From Geosiphon pyriformis uo1 (lineage: Eukaryota > Fungi > Glomeromycota), in contig JAAOMT010000514.1 of NCBI GenBank assembly GCA_016748015.1, forward strand, positions 480,924 to 544,923: a stretch of DNA of 64,000 nt. Direction: 5' to 3'. Each line of letters opens with the position of its first letter. The first letter of the stretch is position 1. Positions 13,462-25,900 of this stretch are shown here, one piece after another. The position numbers and the translations under genes are program-made. The notes below the pieces were generated by a model. The model made no database searches, had not been told where the DNA came from, and saw only the letters and a list, made by a program, of their open reading frames with translations.

Positions 13462-14919
13462 ATGTCACAAACGCCTGATGATTCTGCGGTTCAGCCTTCC
13501 GAGCTGAAAGGCGAGACCGAGCATGAAGAGCTTGAAGAGCTTGACGTTTTTGGTTGTTCTGTGGAGCCTAGTGTTGTCATTGAAGCCAGGTCCAACGTAA
13601 TTGCCACAATTCTGCCTCCTAATTTAGAGGTGGCGGCACAGATTCGAAAACTGCAAAATCGTGAAACAGAACTTCGGCTTCGTATTGATGAGCTATTAGA
13701 TGAGATAACAGCTTTGGAGGCAATCACTGGTACAGAAAACCAGGGGGCTATAGGGAGTATTATAAGTGGCTGTAGCTCAAACGCACAAGCATCTAGCAGC
13801 GCGCCACAGGTAGAAGAGAACGGTAATGGGCTAACGCAGGCAAGAACGATCATTTACGGCACTTTGTAGAATTTCTTGATTGCTCAATGAATTGAATTCG
13901 ATCAGAGATTTGCTGGGAAGAGTTTAAGGCACCTGAGTGGTGTATACCTATAAAGGCTAATGTCTTGACATTTGATTGGGACGTAAGTAAAAAGCATTTT
14001 AAAGGCTACTTTTTTATTTCTCGTTCCAAAATTTGAGCAGAAAAGGAATATAAACTGATCCAAAAGGAACTCGCACGAGAATGTCAATTTGATGTTATAC
14101 TGATGGATCCCCCGTGGCAATTAGCCACTCATGCTCCTACACGTGGTGTAAGTATTTCCTTAAATATTTATTACAATCCTTCTGCAAATGAATCTCAAAA
14201 TATTCCTAACAAAAGGTAGCCATTGCGTATCAACAACTTCCCGATGTATGCATCGAAGAACTCCCAATTGCTAAATTGCAACAAAATGGTTTTCTTTTCA
14301 TTTGGGTAATCAATAACAAGTACGCTAAAGCGTTTGAGATGATGAAAAAATGGGGATATACGTGAGCATATCTTCTTAAAATTATTTTGGTTTTTACTGG
14401 CAAGCTTGTTATCTTCATTATGATCTTTTCTTTTCCATGGTAGGTATGTAGATGATATAACTTGGGTTAAACAAACCGTGAATAGAAGAATGGCAAAAGG
14501 TCATGGCTTTTATTTGCAACATGCTAAAGAGACATGTTTGGTAGGGAAAAAGGTATGTTATATTTTCCTCTTAAATTTTTTTTGACATGTGAATTTGGTA
14601 AGCAAAAATTTTGTTTTCCCTACTTTTTTTTCCAAAGGGAGATGATCCTCCTGGAACTAGATATTCCATTTCTTCTGATGTCATTTTTTCTGAGAGAAGG
14701 GGACAAAGTCAAAAACCTGAGGAGTTATATGAAATGATCGAAGAACTAGTGCCAGATGGTATATAAAGCCCAAACTATTGAAACTGTTTATTAACTTGGG
14801 AATTTGGTTCAATCAAAAATCATATCCCTTGTTTTTCTTACTTAGGAAAATATCTTGAAATCTTTGGACGAAAGAATAATTTAAGAGATTATTGGGTGAC
14901 AATTGGAAACGAGTTATGA
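13462..14919 (+). CDS. AMT1: MT-A70 family N6-adenine methyltransferase, AMT1/MTA1 clade (DNA 6mA at ApT); 7 exons
   Basis: Exons 13462-13822, 13906-13982, 14067-14147, 14216-14361, 14444-14552, 14638-14758, 14846-14919. All introns are GT-AG and frame-consistent; the first donor is the least certain. Spliced product includes FDVILMDPPWQLATHAPTRGVAIAYQQL, GFLFIWVINNKY, VDDITWVKQTVNRRMAKGHGFYLQHAKETCLVGKKG, SERRGQSQKPEELY and YLEIFGRKNNLRDYWVTIGNEL*. DPPW is at 14106-14117. RGVAIAY and AKGHGFYLQHAKE are characteristic of ciliate MTA1/AMT1. Confidence 0.92.
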
Positions 14920-15828
14920 ATAGTAAAATATCGGAAAAATTCAAAATTGAATTTATTCTGTCCAGATTCTATCAACGGAGCATCCATTAATCATTTCATT
15001 AAGACATAATTAATCTAAGTCGTGGGTTTGCTCCCGAACACAAGAATAATGTAAGGTAAGCTTTTTGACGTTACTAAAAATTAGCTGATAGTTTGAACCA
15101 TGATATGATATCAAATTCATTATAATGCCGCTCTGCAAGAAATTAAAGATTATCAAAAAAGAGCACATCTAAATTCCCAATACCTTCAGCGAGATGCATA
15201 TATTTTCTTATGGTACTATTCATACTTTAAGATTATAATGATAAAGTTGCTGACATTCATGATATTGACCCTAGATGTTAATCATTTGTATTTTCCTGAG
15301 AGTGGTGCAAGATACTAGATGTGGGTCCTGTTGATTAGGGCTGCGACCATTGAGGCAATGACAATCGCATCGAATAAAGGTCACTATTGTTTTTTGGGGG
15401 GTCCCTTCATCGTGTAGTATATATTTAAACTTATCAATTTTAACAGTAAAATGTCATTGATCAAAACCGAATCTGTATAAAAAATTGAACCCCCCGAAAG
15501 AACATGTCAAAAAGTCCGAAAATTAAAAATACCAACAGTTTTTAGCAAATAACCTAGAAATTTACCTCTACCAAATTCATCTATTTCGCTTTTTTTCTTT
15601 TATTCTACTACCTAAAAATCTCTTAGTTCCCAATACCCATTTTCCCCTCAATGGACCTATAGTCAAACCGACCTCCCCAGAGTCGAAACCTTTCTCTCTG
15701 TTTTGTATTTCTTTTTGAATATTTTACATTGCTTATTTTAGTACCCCTCTCTCACAATCTATAAACCTACTCAACTCATATTCAGCGATCATTTTGACTA
15801 AAAATTTTAAAACAGCCGTGCAAGACAG

Positions 15829-18800
15829 ATGTCAAACTTTTCTGCCACGTCGGCAACTTATCCTCACGAGGAAAAAAGCGAGGACAACGACGAGGAAGAT
15901 GAAGACCATCCGAAGGTAGTAGACACTGACCCAACCGGTCGGTTTGAACGGTTCGAAGAGTCTTTGGGTAAGGGTGCCTATAAAGAGGTTTTCAAAGCGT
16001 TTGACCAGGAAGAAGGGGTGGAGGTAGCCTGGTGTCAGCTACGCCTGAATTTCTCAAAGAAAAAGGACGCTGAAAAGATACAACGTGAGATTGAGATCTT
16101 ACAATCGTTACGTTGTGAAAACATTATCAATTTTTATGCGTCATGGTTAAAAAAGGGTCCCGATGGAAAAGAACGAGTTTTCTTTGTGACGGAACTTATG
16201 ACATCCGGGACGCTCAAACAATACATTCGAAAGACTAAAGGACAGTTAAAGCCTAAACTTTTAAAATCTTGGGCACGGCAAATCCTCAAGGGTCTCAACT
16301 ATTTGCACACTTCCGTCCCACCCGTAATTCATCGGGACCTAAAATGTGATAATATTTTTATAAATGGAAATAACGGTCAAGCAAAGATCGGTGATCTCGG
16401 TTTGGCGATCATTAAGAATAAAGAACACGCCTCGTCGGTACTTGGAACGGTAGTATTCCTCGAAAACCTTTTTCTCGTTATCTTTCTTCATTTATATTTG
16501 TATTAAAATAAAATCTAACAATTCGAATCATTTCATTAAACATAAATTCCTGGCTCTGAATGAATACTCCTGGAATTTGATTTATCCTGTTGTTTTTCGT
16601 TTGCTGTTTGTGTTCTTGTGCTATTATGCCTTCCAACCATATATCTATTTTAAAACGATTTGATGGGTTTCAATTTTCTGTTGTTTCACTTCGCATTTAA
16701 ACTTTTCTTCGTTTTTCGCATCCAATACAATAGCCCGAATTCATGGCGCCAGAGTTATACGAGGAAAAGTACAATGAAAAAGTGGATATCTATGCATTTG
16801 GAATGTGCGTGTTAGAACTCGTTACAAAGGAATATCCATACACCGAATGTACCAATCAAGCCCAAATTTATCGCAAAGTCACCACCGGGATAAAGCCTCA
16901 AGCCTTGCAAAAAGTGAAAGATGCTGCAACCTTGGAATTTATTGAACTTTGCCTAAAATATAATCCAGATGAAAGACCATCAGCTGCACAGTTATTACAG
17001 CATGAGTTTCTAAAAGAAGATTGTGTTATAGATCAGAATACAAGTAGCTCTTCGAAAGAACGTGATGTTTCTCCTAGACCAGTTACTCCAGGATCGCCAA
17101 AGTCACCCGGATTACAGGGAACTTCAATTTTAATCCAATCTGGCAGTCTAGCAAATGTCACAAGTTCAAGCAACACAATAATTGATAATAAGTTTAATGA
17201 GGAGAATCAAGGCAGTACATCCAAGCCTAATAGCATTCTTTCAGTATCAAAAAACTTGTTACCACCACCAGTGACAACTACTACAAAAACAATTGACGCT
17301 GAAAGCAAAACGTATCATGTAAGCTCCTCCAACTCAACGCAGCTGTCTCGGCATGGTTACAAGGAAACTTCAACACCGCAGCAACTGGGTCTAAATAGTT
17401 CCTCGGCTGAAAAAATCCCAAAACCGTCTCCAATCGAATGTAACATTAGGATTTATCAGCCAAGTGAAAAGGACAAGCAATCTAAAAAATCTAAACAAGC
17501 GAAGAATGAGGTTCAGCTTGCAATGACCATAATCAGCCCTGGTCGCACTGATGTTGAAATTAAGTTTCCCTTTAATTTGGAAGATGATACACCCGAAGAT
17601 GTGGTATCAGAAATGGTCAGGGAGCAGATTTTAGTCCAGGAAGGACACGATTTGGCAAAGAAAAACATCGAAGACATTGTTAATTTGATCCTCTCGGGAA
17701 AACATCCTTTGCAACCAAGAACACCGGACCAGTTTGAACCTGAACAATCTAAATCTAGATCTTCTTCTCGACAAGAAAAATCTCATCCCGAGCAGCAAAT
17801 TTACGAAAATTCACATGAAACCGATAATGAGCTCGCACATCAGGCTAATCAAGGAGCCAGGTTAAATGAAGATTTTGACGCAGGGTTTCAGTCTGAAATT
17901 TCATCATCTTATGATAGTATGGATGTGCCTCGATCTGTTTTTCACAAAGATCCATTATCTTCTGCCGAAAGTCTGACAAGGGCCTCATCAGCACGAACAT
18001 CTTGGGAACGAGATGCAGATAATGAAGTTAGGCTAGTTCTTCATAATTCACGGCACACCAATGATTCTGTGACAGTTAATACTAACATAATGCCCACTCC
18101 TGAATATGGAAAAACTCCACCAATGGGTGCTATTGGAATTGCTCCGAATAATGTATATCCTCCACGCTCTCGATCAGTTTCAATGTCAGGTATGGTCAAT
18201 CAGACTCATAGTCCTCCATCTTCTCGTTCAGGCACAACTACACCTTTTCAATGGCCTTTGGATGATATACTACCGGTTGATGATGCACAAAATTTCAATA
18301 TGGTCTTAAATCCACGATCACCCACTCAGCCTTCATATTCACGTCCATCCTCGGTAGCTTCAGATTCTGCAACACTATATCATCCTCAATTCTCACATCC
18401 CCATCCCATTAAAACAAATCAAAATCCTTCTCAATCACATTATGCCGCAACACCTGATACTCAATATACTTCTGACGCTCCCTATGTACCCGCATCTCCA
18501 CGAACAAACTATACTCGAAGTAATAGCTTTTCCACTCCGCACTCTCCTGGTACCTCTCCTTTAAAGTTGCAAGATACTCAGCGTCGAATAACCAACCCTG
18601 GATTGCCCTCCTCGCCAATACAGCCGGATATTCCGATTAACTCGATTAATGGCTATTCTGGATATTCGAACAACTCGGAACGGATACGCAGATCCTCTAT
18701 ATCTTCAACTACCTCACATTCATCTGCACATTCTGCTATCCCTGAGACCGGATCAGAACCAATGGCTGGAAACCGATCTCAGATATTTCACCATACAAAT

Positions 18801-20522
18801 ATGTCGCAACAACAACAACTTTCAAATATGTTGCAGCATTCACAGCATATGCAACAAGAAGAAATTGTGATGAATCATGATGTAGGGGCAGGTTTGGGAA
18901 TACAGACCGAACAAGGATATCTTCCCGGATATCGACCCGGGGACTCGATCCCTACTATGAGAGGATATGAAATAGGTGTTTCTAGTAATGCTAGTTCGAC
19001 GATTCTATCCCCAGGTGATAATTATGGCCTACAAGACTCGCAACAGCGTCACAATAATCTTTTTCCTCGTTCGACGCCTATCACAGAAAATGCAATTATG
19101 TATCAAGACTCGGAGCGGGGGGGAATGCATTATAGCCATCCTCATCAGCATCACGAGTTCGGTCCCTCGAGCACTGAGAGATTTCCAGAAGATGAAGACA
19201 CAAGTGACGATGATGAAGCAGTCACACTAGCACTGAAAGAAAAGCATCGACTTGAAACAGCCGAATTGCATCAAAAACACGCACAAGAATGGGTGCAATT
19301 AATGAACGAAAGAAAAATGAAGTATAAACACCATCATCACAATCAATCAAAAAGCGGCAACACAAACGTGGCCAAATCACCTGGTAGCTCGCCAAAGATA
19401 AATCGACCTCCCACAACAGATCCTTCCGCCCGACAAAATGGGGTTTCCTCCTTAAATTCAACTCCAGCTCTAGGACCACAAACGATGGTAAGCGACCATT
19501 ATGGTAATATTCCAATGACCTATTCAATGATACATGCATCCCAATTATCGGTGTCTTCAATAAATCCGAATTCCTCAGCCCCGAAAACGGCAATAGCTTC
19601 CAATAATCCTGCTGGGATAAATGGAGGTCAAATTCCAGTATCATTGGTCCAATATAATGTCGCCTCAATGTCACAGGCATCCTCTGTTCCAGGCGGTGGT
19701 TCATCTAAACCCTCTATTCCAATAAAAATCCAATCATCAGCCACTACCACTACCTTCAACACGCATTCATCTATACCTAATACAATATTGCCCTTTTCCA
19801 CAGCCATTCAATCAACGCAATCCTCCTCTTCAACATCATCTTCTATATCATTACCTTCATCCATGACTACCATTCCTTCGGCGAGCGCTCCAACATCTTC
19901 TCATTCCATTAATACATCAGCATCTGCTCCAACTTCAGGAACTCCCAACACACCAAAAATGAAGCCGCAACCAGGTATTGCCCCCAGCACAATAAGATCT
20001 TTGCCTGATGAACTTAACGCCATGACTGAGCTTCAAATCACTGAACTTCAAAAGCTTGCACAAAAAGTTAATGGACAAGCAAAACAGAGCGGCAGTTTGG
20101 CGAATGGAACTACAAATCCAGCTGTTTCAAAAGTGCAAGCTGGGCGTGAGTCGCCAGCAGATGGGACAAGTCGACCAATTTTGCTTTCACAGTCCCTCCC
20201 CCACCAACAACAATTTCACGCGAGTTCTATGGCACAATTGAGTCTTTACGAAATGGAGAAACAACAGAGACAACTTTCAAATCATGACTTGACAACAAAA
20301 TCTTCTGCCCTTCCCAACCCTTTATATCCCAACGTTATTCATAATGCCACTGGGGGATTGGGTTTGAACGAGGTTACCTCTCCTTTTATGCCGGGAAATA
20401 ATGGATATTTTGGATCGCATCAATCCAACGTGTCGCTTGATTTATTAGCAAGTTTCGGAGACTCATTAGGACCCACATTGCCAAGCAAAAAGCATCAAAA
20501 TGAACAAGATTTATTGGGGTGA
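15829..20522 (+). CDS. WNK: WNK-family Ser/Thr kinase (~1469 aa, 2 exons) with a long disordered C-terminus
   Basis: Exons 15829-16449 and 16734-20522 join to give VLGT|[14 protein letters not shown] hallmarks: GKGAYKEV with Lys in subdomain I, VAWC replacing the usual beta3 Lys, [14 protein letters not shown], and DLG instead of DFG. Also a PF2/CCT-like segment [20 protein letters not shown] and an S/P/Q/H-rich tail. Confidence 0.93.
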
Positions 20523-21634
20523 AGCAAAAAACGTTTCACTTGATATTTTTTGATCAGAAAAGACTTTATGGGTATTTGCTTTTTGTGTTCACTTTAGCAT
20601 GATCTGTGTGTGAAATTACAGTCCTTTTTTATGAATATTTATTCACACAATTTCATAGCTAAATAATCATTTCTCTTAAGAACTTTTTTTATTGTATTTT
20701 CTCAAAAATTGGGTTTGGGTCACATTGTGCGTGCTCGTAACTTTATCCCTTTTTCTTTTGTAAATTTTTTAGATTATGTTTTGTTTTCCCTTGCTTTTTT
20801 TAATATTTCAATTTTTGAAATTATTTCGCTTTATTAACCGCTTCAGCTCTTTTTGGCTTTCCTTACCCAACAAAGCAGAAAGATAAAATTTGGCGGAGAC
20901 ATTGAAGGCAGAGTGCCGCCTAAAACAGCTTTGTGTTTCGTGTTTAGCAATTTTATAACCTTTTTTTTTCCAGTGATCTGCCACTATATTTTTCTGTGGT
21001 AACCAAACGAGAGACGAAGCCTGTACTTATTTATTTCGGTGGTGGGCAAATTCTTTAACATTGCACCCGCGGGAAATCCAATCCAACAAATCAAAAAAAA
21101 GTTTGTTTCAGTTGTTTGTTTCGCCTCATTATCATCAAGATGGACGATTCATGGCGATAATGATGACGACGAACCGACGCATGTAATAATATTTCTTCAT
21201 GAATAAATAATCATAGAGGCATTTTTAACAAAATTGTCCAACCGAGTGAGATCAAGTTTGTTTTTACTTGTCATTTTTCAACTATTTGTGTTAATAATTA
21301 ATGTTAAAGGTTCGCGTGTTGTAGAGTGGAAAGAAACTGTGCCTTTACTGCGCTCGGTGAGTTTAATTTGATGCAGGATGATATGTTGAGAATTATCGTA
21401 GTTTTTAAGTTTCTTTGCTTAGAATTTTTCTCATTAAATTCAAGTATAATATTCAATTAATATATTAAAATAATTTTTCAATTAATATATTAAATATATT
21501 GTAACGAATTTTTTTGTATTTGAGAATTATTATTAATTATTGTTTTATTTTTTATACCAATAATTAACAAATTTTATTTTTATACATTTGTATTTAATAT
21601 TTGAATTTTTATTTTTAAAAAATATATAACATAT

Positions 21635-22143
21635 TGTTACGGGTCAGAATAATATGTTAATGAATAGCAAAGAAAACAAGTTTTATATGGTAAAAAAATA
21701 ATCAAAAGGTAAATTCAACTTAAAAAGTGAATTAAATTTGTAAAGATTCATTGTACAAGATCAGTCTCTTTCAAGAAAATCTGAAGATAAAAGAATAATT
21801 TGTATTGTTAACAAAAAATAACACAGCTGCTATAATTATATGTTTTATGTTAGTACTTTTATAATTTAATAATAAATATTGTTTATATTTTTCAGTAAAT
21901 ATTTATTTAATATATTACACAAAAGCTAATAATATACAAATCAAAAAATGAAAAAAAATAGAAATCAAAAGTATAAGTAAATTAAAATTGTTGTATTAAT
22001 CTTGTAAGAAATTAATTTTAATATAAAATAAATTTTTATAGCTTTGAAAAGTTTTACTTAATAACTATTTTTAAAAACAAAGTAATTAATATATATAATT
22101 AGATATATAATATAATTAAAAGCTAAAAAATTTAACCATAAAA
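21635..22143 (-). mobile_element. Highly decayed solo LTR of the same family as 45949-46637
   Basis: tgttacgggtcagaataat...aagattcattgtacaagatcagtctc...aaatctgaagata aligns to the reverse complement of 46637-46430 and continues as an AT-drifted copy. The right end (tttaaccataaaa) is approximate. Confidence 0.7.
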
Positions 22144-22913
22144 TTATTTTTACAAAAAATTAAGCTTTAACAAAATAAAATTATTTAAAAAATTTTTATA
22201 ATAATTGTAGTAATATTAATCAATTTATAAAACTAAATTACAATATAAGTATTTTGGCTTTTTTTACAATATTTAAAACTCTTAGAATATTTAATTATAT
22301 AATATTTAATAATTTTTAAAATTGTTTTCTTTAACAGTTTTATGTTTTTTATAATTTTATCAAGTTGTTTATAATATTTAAATATATTAAAAAATTATTT
22401 TTAACAATTATGTATTTAAATATGTACTTTTTAATTTTTGTTGATTTTTTGTTTTTTTAACCAGTTTTTTATAGATTAATAATAAAACATATTTTAATCT
22501 TATTTTTTATTATAATTTGTTTTTTAATAATAAACAAACCATTTAAATAATTTTTTATTAAATATTGATAAAAAATTAAAAAAAATTTTTTTATATTAAA
22601 TCAAAATATATTTGTTTTAGTGCTTTATTAATTAATATTATAAGTATTATAATAATTAATAATTAAATATGTTTTTTATAATACTTTTTAATTTGTGTAT
22701 TATAAACAAATTAATTATTAAATATTGTTTTATATTAATTTGTAAAATATAAAATTTATTGTTTAATAATTTCTTAATTTTTTTTTTTTATTATGTTTAA
22801 TGAGTGAGGTCCAAATACTACCTAGAACTATACATCAATGAAATGATCTAAACTAAGTGCAAATTATGTGCTTAACCACACGTAACCAGCCACTCAAGCC
22901 AGTCAGAATAATA

Positions 22914-25900
22914 CTATGCAACTATATTAACAAAAACAATGTCACCAATACCCGAAAAAAACAAACAAGACTTGTGAAAGCTAAAAAGAATGCCAAAGGC
23001 TTCAGTAACACCAAGCAATTTAACCACACTAGGCAACAACCTTAAAACCAAACCAAAAACTGGGATGGGAATTGATCCGTCCACTAAGATCAGACTATTT
23101 TTTTCTATAAAAACACGATGCTTGGTATGGACTAACCAAATATCATTCCTAAAAGTGGAGCATAGAGAGCACATAAAATCAGTAATTTTAACACCAACAA
23201 TCTTGGAATCATGGAAGACAGTAACAGCTTCTTGAAGCCATTCATTGAAAACAAAACCCTTGTAAAGAGCCGAAAAAACCAGCAAATCCAAAGCACAGGT
23301 TAACATAAACTGCAACACAACCAAAAAAAGAAGAGAGAGCCCAGAAAGTGACTTTCAAGAAGACATGCAGAATTTCAGAACCTGATGATGAGCCAAATCA
23401 TCAACCACACAAGAAAACACATAATCAGAAATCTTTACCTTACCACAATACAGACACAGGACACTAGGATAACATTTATTGTAAATGTGCTTCCAGACAG
23501 CCACAGGAAGCTGACAGTACAAAGCTTTCATAAGATAAGTATGAGTATCAGCTGTGAGTCTGCTAGCAAAACCAGTGGCCATATGCAAATCAGGGTGCCA
23601 AACCCTAGAAAAACTGAGCCAGTCAACATTTGAACACAAACCACTAGCCAGAAATCCAGATCCAGAACCGATCTTCCAGCGTGCATGACAAACTGCACGA
23701 TAAACATTTCTAACAAAGTGTCTAGAATTACCAGAAACAACACTACCATCTGCCAACAAAAAGTGTCTATCCATGTGAGGAGGAAGATACCAACCAGATA
23801 GAGACGTAGCATCAGTGATGCTATTAGCGCAGTTATTCCCCAAAATGCTGGAGTGGCCCTTGACTTTGTGCCAACTAACTCTCAAATTTTTACTGTGAAT
23901 AACATTCCGAATATGCCGATGCTCGACCCAACATCAATTGCGAAAGTCAGAGCACACCAGGCTTAACTCAGACCTACAAGTATCTAAAGCTGCTTGACTA
24001 TTTGAAAACAAATTAACAGAACAAGCTGCAGGTATGCACTCTAAAGCCAATACTATAGCCTGTAATTCCGCTAAAGTAGATGACACTAAACCCTAAACAC
24101 CAACACCCAAACCCAAATTAATGTTCTCAAAAAAAATGGCAGCCCCAGCTCTACAATCAACTATGCCCAAATACTTCAAAGAACTATTTGTATATACAGA
24201 CAAACTATTGATGTCAACCTGGGAAAGACGACCACGAGCAGTCACAAAATCATCAGACTCACAAAAGTTAAGAGGACCATTACCAACTGAGGCTGTAGAA
24301 GACAAATGAGAAGCCATAAGAAATAGAACAGAAAGTTTGAACCATTCAGGAACTGAGCCACAAGGGTCCAGCCTTTTTCACCACTTGAAGGTGCACCAGT
24401 TAAAACCAACACCATGACAATCACGAAGCTGATCCACGAAGGCAACACCAAAATGCTGGAGAAAAGGTAAAAACTTGAAAAACAAAGACTTACCAAGAAT
24501 GACAAACATAGAAACCCCATTGTGAAATTAAAAAGCACTGGCCAAAGAGCCACCCAAAGACAAATTGCAATCAAAGAGAATGCAAACCATACCAGCCAAG
24601 AAATTATTAGAAACATTGACATGAATACGAGCAGGAGAGATCAAAGAGTGAATGGGCCGTCAACACAGAACCTGTAAGTCATGTGACCTGTGACTGAACA
24701 GATGCCCCAAGGTTCTGTCAGAGTTTGCAAAACTGATAAGTGAAGCTACTTTACTCTCAGATTGACACTGTGAAAAAGATTTTAAACCATAAAAAAAAGG
24801 ATGGTGAATAGTATCACTAGGAAAGTCCATTGGGAGACCAGCTTTTAGCTTCAAGCCTTTGTGAATCAGAACATCTCATTTATCACACACACCAACAGGA
24901 ATATAGCCAAACTGCATTCTGTAGCCAATTATGAGATGAAAAACTGCTGACACCAGATACAAGAACTGCTTATCTGAAACTGCCTTCCTTAGAACCAAAT
25001 TAGTAAAGAAACAAACGTCTGAATGTGCTTTAGCCAAGCTAGGCCTTGAAAGACCCTCAGTTGACAAAAAGATACCGAGATACCAATGAGATTCCCCTCT
25101 ATGGGCAACAAAAATAAGTAAACTACTAATAAAAAGAGATGGAACACTGACCCTGCTGTTGATTGGAATGGCCACAGTTTTGTCATTATTAATTGAAATG
25201 TTATTGACTCAAAAAAATTCACTAGCAATGTTGAAAATATGCTGAGTAGCAGCCTGACTGCTACCAACCCAAATACTATCATCAACAAAGACACCAGCAG
25301 CAAAAAAAGTAGAAAGCCCAGCCTGAAACTTAGTGCGACCACTCCCAAAAACAAAATGAGAATTGAGCCTGTAACCACACACACTCTCTTGACACTTGAC
25401 TTCACACAAAAGAAGATCATAAAATATGTGCCACAGCAGAGAGAAAAAAACTTTACCTTGGTCTAACCCATCAAACACCCAGTAACTATTGGTCAAACCA
25501 AAATCTGTCATGATACAGTTGGTTCAGTCCTTATGAATACTATCAAAAAAGCAAACAAATTTACTACACATTTTGATCCTGACCAAGCTCCTCTCAAGGT
25601 GCTCCCAGCCAACCAAATCATACACCTTCCACATGTCCTGCAGAACAAGCCAAAGTTCCCAGTTTTTTTCCAAAGCATTCTCAATTACTGAGCCAACCAC
25701 AAAAATAGGAAACTGAGTTGTTGTACCCTTTAAAACCGAAAAATTGTCACCACACAGAACATCATATAAGCTGCAAGCCAGTGAGATTCTATCTGAAAGA
25801 ATCTTGGATAGAATTTTGCGAGCTGTTTTAATTAAGGCAATAGGACAAGTATTCATAAGAACACCCTTCCACTCATAAGGTTTGGGAATTATCGAAACCC

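Noticed and set aside
13441-13869. Stand-alone 142-aa ORF
   Set aside because: It is exon 1 of the spliced MT-A70 gene plus intron read-through; the ATG is at 13462.
14067-14919. METTL3/Ime4 RNA m6A methyltransferase call
   Set aside because: No CCCH zinc fingers, and GHGFYLQHAKE/RGVAIAY match AMT1/MTA1 rather than the METTL3 GHWLNHGKEH pattern.
15829-16506. Separate short kinase gene
   Set aside because: The kinase domain is split by intron 16450-16733 and continues in 16734-20522.
21309-21385. tRNA-like start (ggttcgcgtgttgtagagtgg)
   Set aside because: No T-arm GTTCRA motif or closing acceptor stem could be found.
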